Positions 1-7,122 of a stretch of 32,000 bases of DNA are shown here, piece after piece. Under the pieces are notes generated by a model. That model saw only the letters and a program-made list of their open reading frames with translations, had not been told where the DNA came from and ran no database searches. Within the stretch, counting starts at the first letter, position 1, and the number at the start of each line of letters is the position of its first letter. The translations under genes and the position numbers were made by a program. The stretch is from Candidatus Kuenenia stuttgartensis. Its GTDB lineage: Bacteria; Planctomycetota; Brocadiia; Brocadiales; Brocadiaceae. Location of the stretch: assembly GCF_900232105.1 (NCBI RefSeq), contig NZ_LT934425.1:3420001-3452000 (forward strand). Reading direction: 5' to 3'.

Positions 1-558
1 CCAGCAATATGCAGACGTAGAATTGTGCTGTGGATGAACTCCATCCATAAAAAGTATCTTATCTCCAGGGGCTTTCTCTTCTTTGAGTTGTTTGTAGTTT
101 TCGATAAATTCTTTTTGTTTTTCAGGGTTTGCTTTGCCTGGAACTATTGTAGTTTTCTTGTAAGTAAAGCCTAATCTATCGAGGGTATGTACCATTCCTT
201 CGGGTGTATAGATTTTATTGAATGTCTGTTTTACATATTCAACAATTTCTTTTGCCGCACTATAGTTGTTTTTCCTGATATGATCTTTTAATTGTTCTTC
301 TTGTTCGCAGGTGAGTTTTGGCACACAGCCAATATAATTGTCAGATAAAAGCCCGTCAAAACCTTTATCTTTGTATAGTTTTTCGTAATTCCTGATTGTT
401 TGATCGTCTAACAAGAGCGCCTCTGCTACTTCTTCATAACTCCATCCTGAATCAAGAAGAAGTATAGCTTTGATTTGGTCGGCATGACGTCTATGAGGCT
501 CTTTCTTATGTGCTTTTTTAAATTCTATTCGGGTTTTTTCACTGAGAAATGGATTCAT
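1..558 (-). CDS. IS630-family transposase, N-terminal part (gene continues past the left window edge)
   Basis: Absent from the ORF track because it is open to the edge. The reverse complement of 1..558 starts at ATG (556-558) and reads MNPFLSEKTRIEFKKAHKKEPHRRHADQIKAILLLDSGWSYEEVAEALLLDDQTIRNYEKLYKDKGFDGLL...GDKILFMDGVHPQHNSTSAYCW. An HTH/winged-helix region followed by the first acidic motif (FMDGVH) is the IS630/Tc1-mariner layout. Confidence 0.8.
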   Translation of the reverse strand, partial: MNPFLSEKTRIEFKKAHKKEPHRRHADQIKAILLLDSGWSYEEVAEALLLDDQTIRNYEKLYKDKGFDGLLSDNYIGCVPKLTCEQEEQLKDHIRKNNYSAAKEIVEYVKQTFNKIYTPEGMVHTLDRLGFTYKKTTIVPGKANPEKQKEFIENYKQLKEEKAPGDKILFMDGVHPQHNSTSAYCW

Positions 559-640
559 GCAGAATTTAATACTCTAGAAACAATTCAAATGCAAGAAAAA
601 AACAGGTTCTTCTAAAAATAAATGCTTTTTACTATAATTC
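1..640 (-). mobile_element. IS630-family insertion sequence, right-hand end (boundary approximate)
   Basis: Contains the transposase 5' part plus ~80 nt of AT-rich terminal sequence. Recognisable methyltransferase coding sequence starts abruptly at ~640 (..[22 protein letters not shown]). The other IS end is outside the window, so inverted repeats and the TA duplication cannot be confirmed. Confidence 0.55.
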
Positions 641-1019
641 TCAAGCCCTTGAAGATACGAAGTACGCGACCCAAAAGCCCGAAGCCCTGCTCGAACGTAT
701 TATAAAGGCATCCTCCAACGAAAACGACATCGTTGCGGATTTTTTCTGCGGTTCCGGCACCACGCCGGCTGTGGCCGAAAAACTGGGGCGTAAGTGGATC
801 GGCGCAGACCTAGGCAAGTTTGCTATCCATACCACCCGCAAGCGCATGATTGGCGTTCAGCGTCAGCTTAAAGAAGATGGCAAGGACTTCCGCGCCTTTG
901 AGATACTCAACCTCGGTAAGTACGAGCGGGCGCATTACATCGGCGTTTCCTCATTTATTGAACCGCGAATAGACGCTAATGGACGCAAATCAAAACAAAA
1001 AGACATTAGCGTTAATTCG
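641..1019 (+). pseudogene. mod: Type III-like DNA methyltransferase (Mod) fragment, upstream of the intron; N-terminal part missing
   Basis: The frame of ORF 771..1073 extended upstream reads [62 protein letters not shown]. This is the TQKP...FxGSGTT...GRxWIGxD block of N6/N4 methylases. No DPPY motif or target-recognition region lies upstream; the sequence changes to the IS630 end instead. The ORF tail after 1019 is intron read-through. Confidence 0.75.
960..1019. repeat. Hairpin repeat with 10-nt periodic units (NNNCGCNAAT): left arm, loop and first 1.5 right-arm units, interrupted by the intron
   Basis: Left-arm units are AACCGCGAAT AGACGCTAAT GGACGCAAAT (961-990). The loop is caaaacaaaaagac. 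The right arm begins ATTAGCGTTA ATTCG (1005-1019). The same unit family occurs at 6619..6648 and 7032..7104. Confidence 0.75.
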
Positions 1020-1520
1020 GTACGCCAAGAAGCGTATATATATCAGTTGGTGCAAATCCAACCCGCCAATTGACCGTTCGGGCGGTAGTGAAAGAGGCAG
1101 AAAACCTCACGGGAGAACGTAAACAGCGATGAATACGTTCGAGTCCCCTGTAGCGAGCAGTCAGACCGTAGCGCAAGCGAACACGCAGGCTTCGTTACGC
1201 TAAAAATACGATAGATGAGCCTCCCGGATTGGGCGAAATCTGTAATCGCATAGGTAGAAAGAGACAAACGGTAGAACTATGCGGTGTCGTCGGAGTTGAG
1301 AGTGACGGTATGACTGTAAAAGGTATATATATGAACTTGGGAGGTCTCATTGTTCAGGTTGATGACCGTAACGCATACTATAAGGGAAGCCGAAGGGTAT
1401 AGCGGGATAATGAGAAGTCGGAGATGCCCATAGTAGTGAAGATGGTGAAGACAACATAACTTCACCGTAGCGAAGGGGCATTACTTCAGTTAACGTTTAC
1501 AAAGAAAGGAGGAAATTGTA

Positions 1521-2819
1521 TTGGGAGACCTACAAGCAATACCGAAATCGCAAATGAGCGATGATGAAAGAGTCCGAGACTTTCAGCGTAAACTATATCG
1601 AAAAGCCAAACAGGAAGAAGGATTTCGCTTTTATGTATTGTATGACAAGGTGAGAATGTTGCATTTTTTGAGAGAGGCGTACAAGCGCTGCAAAGCCAAT
1701 GGAGGAAGCGCCGGGGCAGACGGGATTACATTTGAAGATGTGGAGTCATACGGGGTGGAGAAGTTTCTTGGAGAGATAATAGAGGAACTTGAAAACAAAA
1801 CCTACGAACCACAGCCGGTACTGAGAGTGTACATACCTAAAACCAACGGTAAGACACGACCATTGGGAATCCCTGTGATAAAAGACAGGGTAGTGCAGAT
1901 GAGTGTAAAGCTTGTAATAGAGCCGATATTCGAAGCAGACTTTGAAGATAGCTCCTACGGATTCCGACCGGGACGTTCAGCGGGCGATGCTGTGAGGAAA
2001 ATCAAAGAAAAACTGCGAGAAGGGAAAACAGAGGTATTTGACGCAGACCTGAGTTCTTATTTTGACACAATACCGCACAAGGAATTGTTACTGTTAATAG
2101 GGATGAGGATAAGCGACAAGAACGTACTGCACTTGATAAAAATGTGGTTAAAAGCACCGGTGATAGAGGAAGGCAAACCAGGAGGCGGGAGGAAAAATAA
2201 GATAGGAACACCGCAGGGAAGCGTAATATCACCATTATTAGCAAACATATATCTGCACATGCTCGACAAAGCAGTCAATAGAGAGAATGGGGTTTTCTAT
2301 AAGTATGGGATAACAATCATACGTTATGCGGATGATTGGGTATTGATGGCAAAGCGAATACCTCGTGAAGCATTAGACTATCTCAACAGGTTGTTAAAGA
2401 AGTTAAAGCTGAGTCTTAACGAGGATAAGAGTAAAATAGTAAAAGCTGAAGAAGAGAGCTTTGACTTTCTCGGACATACCATATCCTTCTCAGAAGATTT
2501 GTTTGGTAGGAAACACAAGAAATACTGGAACATAGAACCAAGCAGGAAATCACAGAAGAAGGTTAGGGAAAAGATAGGAAACTACCTAAAGAGCAATGGG
2601 CATAAAGCGGCGGAAAAAGTAGCTAATGAACTGAATGCAATAACAAGAGGATGGATAAATTACTTCACAATAAAGGGAGTAACGTATCCAAACAAGGCGA
2701 AAAGAGACCTACGATATTATCTTTTCAGGAGATTAACGAGATATTATAAGAGGAAAAGTCAGCGCAGGAGCAAGCTCTATAATCGAGGAGCGTTTAAGGA
2801 ATTAGTCAATAGATATTGA
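1521..2819 (+). CDS. Group II intron reverse transcriptase/maturase (no D/En domain)
   Basis: 432 aa. Has RT motifs including RPLGIPVIKDRVVQ, FDADLSSYFDTIPH, GTPQGSVISPLLANIYL and IRYADDWV (YADD), plus the maturase X-domain motif AITRGWINYF. The protein ends soon after X. An AGGAGG RBS lies 6 nt upstream of the TTG start. Confidence 0.92.
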   Translation: MGDLQAIPKSQMSDDERVRDFQRKLYRKAKQEEGFRFYVLYDKVRMLHFLREAYKRCKANGGSAGADGITFEDVESYGVEKFLGEIIEELENKTYEPQPVLRVYIPKTNGKTRPLGIPVIKDRVVQMSVKLVIEPIFEADFEDSSYGFRPGRSAGDAVRKIKEKLREGKTEVFDADLSSYFDTIPHKELLLLIGMRISDKNVLHLIKMWLKAPVIEEGKPGGGRKNKIGTPQGSVISPLLANIYLHMLDKAVNRENGVFYKYGITIIRYADDWVLMAKRIPREALDYLNRLLKKLKLSLNEDKSKIVKAEEESFDFLGHTISFSEDLFGRKHKKYWNIEPSRKSQKKVREKIGNYLKSNGHKAAEKVANELNAITRGWINYFTIKGVTYPNKAKRDLRYYLFRRLTRYYKRKSQRRSKLYNRGAFKELVNRY

Positions 2820-2886
2820 CTAATAGACCCGACAAAATATGTTCCTGCCAGACAACCTGTGAAAGCTTAAGAAGAAGACTGTCGGA

Positions 2887-2919
2887 AAGCCGTGTGCGGG
2901 AAAATTGCATGCACGGTTT
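2887..2919 (+). other. Group II intron domain V (catalytic hairpin)
   Basis: AAGCCGUGUGCGGGAAAAUUGCAUGCACGGUUU. The basal helix AAGCCGUG/CACGGUUU contains the AGC triad, with a 3'-strand bulge and a GAAA-type loop. It lies 68 nt after the RT stop codon. Confidence 0.8.
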
Positions 2920-3037
2920 GACGAGGGGGGCAGATGATAAGTATATGGCGGAGATATGGTGGCACTGGCGGGAAACCAGCCAGCAAACAGAGAAAACAAA
3001 CTTCTGCCTAAGTTCTAGTCGTCTGTTTCTACTCTAC

Positions 3038-3052
3038 CGTTCATTAGCGGTT
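3038..3052. repeat. Remainder of the right arm of the hairpin repeat split by the intron
   Basis: CGTTC ATTAGCGGTT. The reverse complement AACCGCTAAT equals the first unit of the 7032..7104 copy. Together with 960..1019 this gives a 75-nt (25-codon) in-frame element inside mod. Confidence 0.7.
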
Positions 3053-3958
3053 ACTGATCTTTCCCGCGAAGAAATGAAGCGTCGAATCATTGAGCAGAAG
3101 GAAAAGGACTTTATCGCCCTGATTCTCAAAGCCTACAAGGCCGAGACGGTGGATAACTTCAGGTGCTTCCACGGCAAGAAGGCAGGGCGTATTGTCGCAG
3201 TGGGTCCGGTCAATCTGCCTGTCACCCGTTTGTTTGTGGAAGAAATCATCCTCGAATGCCGCGAAAAGCGCATCAGCCGTGTGGACATCCTTGCCTTTGA
3301 GTTTGAGATGGGTCTTTTCCCCAACATTCAGGAAGAAGCCAAGTCCAAGGGCATCGACCTTGCACTCAAATACATTCCCCGCGAGGTCTTTGATAAACGC
3401 GCCATCGAAAAAAATCAAATCGTCTTCCATGATGTTTCATATATCGAAGTCAAGCCTCATGTGAAAAAGAACAGCATCGCAGTTGAACTAACCGATTTTT
3501 CCGTATTCTACAATCAGGATACGGTGAACAACGCCGCTGCTTCACTCGGCAACGGCAAGAACAAGATCGTTGTGGAATGCGGCAAGATCATTAAGGTTTC
3601 AAAAGACAAGGATGGCATCGTTACCCGCGATGTCCTCACTAAAAAATGGATGGACTGGATTGACTACTGGAGCGTGGATTTTAACTTCGAATCCAAGCGT
3701 GAGATTGTCCGCACAAAAAATGAAGCTACCGGAGAAATGGAGGAGGTGTGGACGGGCGACTTTATATTTGAAAACGAATGGCAATCGTTCCGCACAAAGA
3801 AAGACCGGTCGCTGGAACTAAAAACATCATTTCACGACTGCCAGCCCGGACGGTATAAAATTGCCGTCAAGGTGGTGGATATTTTCGGGAACGACACCAT
3901 GAAGATTATTGATGTCAGCGTGGGGGGGGAAATAATAGGGAAGATCGAAATTAATTAG
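3038..3958 (+). pseudogene. mod: Type III-like DNA methyltransferase (Mod), part downstream of the intron (C-terminal region)
   Basis: This is the 3' part of ORF 2816..3958, from ..RSLAVTDLSREEMKRRIIEQKEKDFIALILKAYKAE... to ..KIAVKVVDIFGNDTMKIIDVSV. It is higher in GC than the flanks and is in frame with 641..1019 after intron removal. The ORF residues encoded by 2816..3037 are intron RNA, not protein. Confidence 0.7.
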
Positions 3959-3998
3959 GGCGAATTTGCCATAATTAAAAGGCATGAAGGATATTAAC

Positions 3999-4220
3999 AT
4001 GACAAAAATCAATGTTTTAGACAAAGACAGCACAATTTATGTATAAAATGATGAGGATTATATCTGCCTGACGGATATGGCCAGGTACAAAGACCCTGAT
4101 CCTACAGATTACATTATCCAGAATTGGCTTGCAGCCGTACAACGATTGAGTTTTTGGGAATTTGGGAAAAATTGAATAACCCGGAGTTTAAAACCCGTCG
4201 AATTCAACGGGTTTAGAAAG
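3999..4220 (+). pseudogene. KilA-N domain gene remnant (degenerate N-terminal part)
   Basis: Reads MTKINVLDKDSTIYV*NDEDYICLTDMARYKDPDPTDYIIQNWL..FWEFGKN*..PEFKTRRIQRV. This parallels the neighbouring copy (EDYISLTDIAKYRNKQEPFAIINNWMRNRSTIEFLGLWEKLSNLDFKPLEFERF) but carries an in-frame stop and frame breaks. Confidence 0.6.
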
Positions 4221-4252
4221 TTTGATCATAATTCCACAAACAGGAGATTGCA

Positions 4253-4573
4253 ATGGCAGAGAAAATATCTGTACAGGGCAATGAAATTAGCATCATCTCA
4301 AGGGAGCAAGAGGATTATATTTCATTGACCGATATCGCCAAATATCGAAACAAACAAGAACCATTTGCGATTATCAATAATTGGATGCGAAATAGAAGCA
4401 CGATTGAGTTCCTGGGTTTGTGGGAAAAGTTAAGCAATCTCGATTTTAAACCTCTCGAATTCGAGAGGTTTAAAAGTGAAGCCGGAAGTAATTACTTTGT
4501 TCTGTCGCCTCAAAGCAGGGCGAACGGCTCGTAAATCTGAATAAAATCGCCATTCAACAGATGAAACTCCTAG
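4253..4573 (+). pseudogene. KilA-N domain protein gene with an internal deletion, then split near its 3' end by the IS1634-family element (tail at 6581..6637)
   Basis: ORF 4253..4534 gives the KilA-N N-terminal region up to FVLSPQ. A different frame then reads GERLVNLNKIAIQQMKLL up to the IS. Typical family members (~270 aa, recalled from memory) have ~170 aa between these two parts. Across the IS the frame continues as ADDRGIKKLKDIGTANGR*. Confidence 0.6.
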
Positions 4574-6581
4574 CGTGAGTTTATCACAAAATAAGGCATG
4601 AAGCAACGTAACATAAATACAGTCAATGCGTTAAGCACAACATCAATTGTATACACTGAGTCCTTGAAGTTTCAGCCGATGTTTGTGGAAATCCATAATG
4701 CCTAACGCATTCATCAACAGAGATTCCTTGTCGGACATTTCTTCCAATTTGTAGGTAGCCTTAACTCTCCCTCTGGCCTTTGTTTCTTCAAGCATAGCAG
4801 AAAGCCTTATATTATTAAGGGTGTCTAACAGGGTATCTAACGTTCCACTAAATTGTGCGTGCGCTTTTGCCTGATACCACACAATCGCCGCCATTAGGTA
4901 TCCGAGGACGCAAATAAAAAAATGCACCCTGATTTTCTGATCCGTCCAGTGAAATTGCGGTTTTAAAGCAAGGTGATAGGGGTTCTTGAGATTTCTAAAG
5001 GCATGTTCAATTTTTGATTGCCCATAGTAGGCTTTTATAATGTCCGCGGTATCCCAATCGTGATGGTCTGTCATAAGAATCCTGAACCCCAGTTCCCCTT
5101 CTATTTCTTCGAGCTTTTTCTGGTCGATTGAAAAATTCAATTGAAACTTGCCTTCAGATACCTCTTTTAACGACCAATCGATAACATCCTTCGCAAATTG
5201 ACATTTCACTACACTTCTTATCGTATCCTCCAGACCCTCTTTGTCCCGCATCTTTCCCTTTGGATTACACAGATGCTGCTGTAAGAGCTTTAACTGATGT
5301 TCTGCCTTTTCCAGAGACTGAGACATTCCCCTTAATTGCCCAACCTTTAATTTCTCGGAAATAAATACGACAACGGTTCTTTCCTGCCCCCAAATAACCC
5401 GTTTGTCATGGTACACCTGTATCTTACTGCCGTCAACGTCATATTCCCTGAAATTACACATGGCATCCCCTACCAACTGCTTGTGATGATACGGTGTAAG
5501 CGCTCCAACGTAATGCAATGCCAATCTCTCTACAATAGCCATATTGTCCATGGAATTGTTTCCACGATCAAAAACAATAGTGTGCTTTTTGCTGTCGAAA
5601 CCTAATCCGGTCATCCTGTCTTTTATCGTCTCAAGAACCGCGCTGAACACCTTTGCATCCGCCATGTTCCCCTGATAGGTATGGTGAAACAACGGTATCA
5701 TGTCGTTACGTGTAACGACCATCGCCAACCCGACCTGCCTGAGATCGTATCGCTTTTGTTTGTTTTTCCCCCGCCGGGCAATAGTGCATCGCAGATTAGT
5801 TGTGTCGATATACGTGAAAAAATTGGTTGTATCAAAAAACAGTGTGTCGCTTTGAAGGTTGTATGTTTTAAATGTCTTTTCAATTAATTCGCGCTCGATT
5901 TCTGCAATGGATTCTTCAGGAAGTGCATCCATCAAATCCCAGAAATGCTGACTGTCTATTTTACTCAAGCTGTGTCTGAGTAAGTATTCGGCAGTAGTCG
6001 TCTTTGCCCAATCCCACCATCCTCTTTTGCTGGTAGGCACACACACTCTCCCCACGGCACCCAACAAGAGGGTACTTCCGGCGGTCAGATTATTTCGAAC
6101 AGGTTTTTTAGCACAATACTGCCGTGGCGACTTTATATATTTATTAATCACGGAAGGGACGTCCAGGGCATTGGCCACACTTAGCAATGCGGCTACCGCG
6201 CCATGTGAATAAGATTTGAGCCGTAATTTTTCGGTAAGACCTTGCAGTTGTTTTAATAAATCGTCTGCCTTGCCAAGATAGGCCAGGACGATGGGCCTGG
6301 GCTTGCCGTTAACGCGCCGCGATTCGACAATATACCAATATTTATAACCTCTGGAGTTTTTAGATTGAATGGTAGCCATGGCTATTAGTTGTTAGTGTAT
6401 ACGTAATAGATTAATACTCCGTGTATAATAGTATATACAGGCATATAATGCAATATAAATATAGTATTATTCAGTGTATACATAATTTTTTAGACAAAAA
6501 AAGTCGCAACCCGATACAAATCATTGGATTGCAACTTGATGTCTTTGTCTTACACCTTATTTCGTGATAAACTCACGCTAG
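4570..6581 (-). mobile_element. IS1634-family (IS4-superfamily) insertion sequence, complete
   Basis: A 578-aa transposase is bounded by 27-bp terminal inverted repeats matching at 26/27: 4570..4596 ctagcgtgagtttatcacaaaataagg and 6555..6581 ccttatttcgtgataaactcacgctag. The outermost CTAG may be part of the repeats or a 4-bp target duplication. Confidence 0.85.
4643..6379 (-). CDS. IS1634-family transposase (DDE)
   Basis: 578 aa. The N-terminus MATIQSKNSRGYKYWYIVESRRVNGKPRPIVLAYLGK is the characteristic IS1634-type start. The body has a DDE_Tnp_1-like region (TLFFDTTNFFTY, IVFDRGNNS, YGQSKIEHAFRNLK). Confidence 0.85.
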   Translation of the reverse strand: MATIQSKNSRGYKYWYIVESRRVNGKPRPIVLAYLGKADDLLKQLQGLTEKLRLKSYSHGAVAALLSVANALDVPSVINKYIKSPRQYCAKKPVRNNLTAGSTLLLGAVGRVCVPTSKRGWWDWAKTTTAEYLLRHSLSKIDSQHFWDLMDALPEESIAEIERELIEKTFKTYNLQSDTLFFDTTNFFTYIDTTNLRCTIARRGKNKQKRYDLRQVGLAMVVTRNDMIPLFHHTYQGNMADAKVFSAVLETIKDRMTGLGFDSKKHTIVFDRGNNSMDNMAIVERLALHYVGALTPYHHKQLVGDAMCNFREYDVDGSKIQVYHDKRVIWGQERTVVVFISEKLKVGQLRGMSQSLEKAEHQLKLLQQHLCNPKGKMRDKEGLEDTIRSVVKCQFAKDVIDWSLKEVSEGKFQLNFSIDQKKLEEIEGELGFRILMTDHHDWDTADIIKAYYGQSKIEHAFRNLKNPYHLALKPQFHWTDQKIRVHFFICVLGYLMAAIVWYQAKAHAQFSGTLDTLLDTLNNIRLSAMLEETKARGRVKATYKLEEMSDKESLLMNALGIMDFHKHRLKLQGLSVYN

Positions 6582-6618
6582 CCGATGACAGGGGTATTAA
6601 AAAACTCAAAGATATAGG

Positions 6619-6648
6619 AACCGCCAATGGACGCTAATGAACGCGAAT
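6619..6648. repeat. Three 10-nt units of the hairpin-repeat family (left-arm type), overlapping the GxxExxY start codon
   Basis: AACCGCCAAT GGACGCTAAT GAACGCGAAT. This is a near-duplicate of 7032..7061 (AACCGCTAAT GAACGCTAAT GAACGCGAAT). Confidence 0.75.
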
Positions 6649-7050
6649 GGAATAATGAATTACTTTTTAAAAATGAGGTTTTCAAGATAATTGGAGCGGG
6701 AATGGCTGTCTCGAATACGCTTGGATGCGGTTTTCTTGAGGCGGTATATCAAGAAGTTATGGAAATAGAATTGGAAGAAAATGGAATTCCTTTTGAACCG
6801 CAAAAAAGAATACAAATTTCATATAAAGACAGAATTTTAAAAAAAGAATATGTAGCTGATTTTTTATGTTTTGAGAAGATAATCGTTGAAATCAAGGCTA
6901 TAAAAAAAATAACTGAAAATTGAAGAAGCTCAACTGCTTAACTATCTAAATGCAACAAAATTGCCGCTGGGACTAATTGTAAACTTCGGCGGTAAAAAAC
7001 TTGAATGGAAAAGATATGCAAATACAAAAGGAACCGCTAATGAACGCTAA
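6627..7050 (+). pseudogene. GxxExxY protein (PD-(D/E)XK-like family) with an apparent +1 frameshift near 6916-6921 (or a sequencing error)
   Basis: ORF 6627..6923 contains GFLEAVY (GxxExxY) and EIKA. After the stop at 6921, the next frame continues IEEAQLLNYLNATKLPLGLIVNFGGKKLEWKRYANTKGTANER*, the usual C-terminus of this family. Removing one A from the A4 run at 6916-6919 restores a ~140-aa protein. Confidence 0.75.
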
Positions 7051-7104
7051 TGAACGCGAATACGAATATTTTTTATTAGCGTCCATTCGCGTGTATTCGC
7101 GGTT
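7032..7104. repeat. Complete hairpin repeat (3.6 left units, AT loop, 3 right units) between the GxxExxY gene and res
   Basis: AACCGCTAAT GAACGCTAAT GAACGCGAAT ACGAAT atttttt ATTAGCGTCC ATTCGCGTGT ATTCGCGGTT. The arms form an imperfect inverted repeat. The right arm translates as ISVHSRVFAV. Confidence 0.8.
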
Positions 7105-7122
7105 AACCCGGAGAGATGATTA

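Larger units (their letters stand above)
1020..3037 (+). mobile_element. Group II intron (2018 nt) with an intron-encoded RT/maturase; boundaries inferred
   Basis: An RT/maturase ORF lies in the middle and a domain V hairpin at 2887..2919. Removing exactly 1020..3037 (5' GUACG...CUAC 3') joins ATTCG+CGTTC into a perfect 10-nt repeat unit (reverse complement GAACGCGAAT, identical to units at 6639 and 7052). It also keeps mod in frame (2018 mod 3 = 2, matching the shift from the 771 frame to the 2816 frame). Caveats: GUACG is a non-consensus 5' end (consensus GUGYG), and 118 nt between domain V and the 3' end is long. Confidence 0.7.

Noticed and set aside
641-847. A 68-aa minus-strand ORF
   Set aside because: It is antisense to the conserved methyltransferase motif I region (FxGSGTT) and is a shadow ORF.
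1137-1146. A tRNA-like T-loop sequence, GTTCGAGTCC
   Set aside because: The flanking bases (ATACG / CCCTG) cannot form a T-stem and no acceptor or anticodon arms are present. The sequence lies inside intron domain I.
1020-1465. Tail of ORF 771..1073 and minus-strand ORFs 1043..1267 and 1277..1465
   Set aside because: They lie in the structured 5' RNA (domains I-III) of the group II intron and have no RBS or recognisable protein features.
2816-3037. N-terminal 74 residues of the 380-aa ORF 2816..3958 (MTNRPDKICSCQTTCESLRRRLSESRVRENCMHGLTRG...)
   Set aside because: This stretch covers group II intron domains IV-VI, including the domain V hairpin at 2887..2919. It is chance read-through into the mod exon; only 3038..3958 looks like real coding sequence.
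960-7104. A CRISPR-like array, suggested by the short periodic repeats (NNNCGCNAAT units)
   Set aside because: The units are 10 nt, directly abutting with no spacers, and arranged as inverted arms of hairpins. There are no cas genes, so this is not CRISPR architecture.
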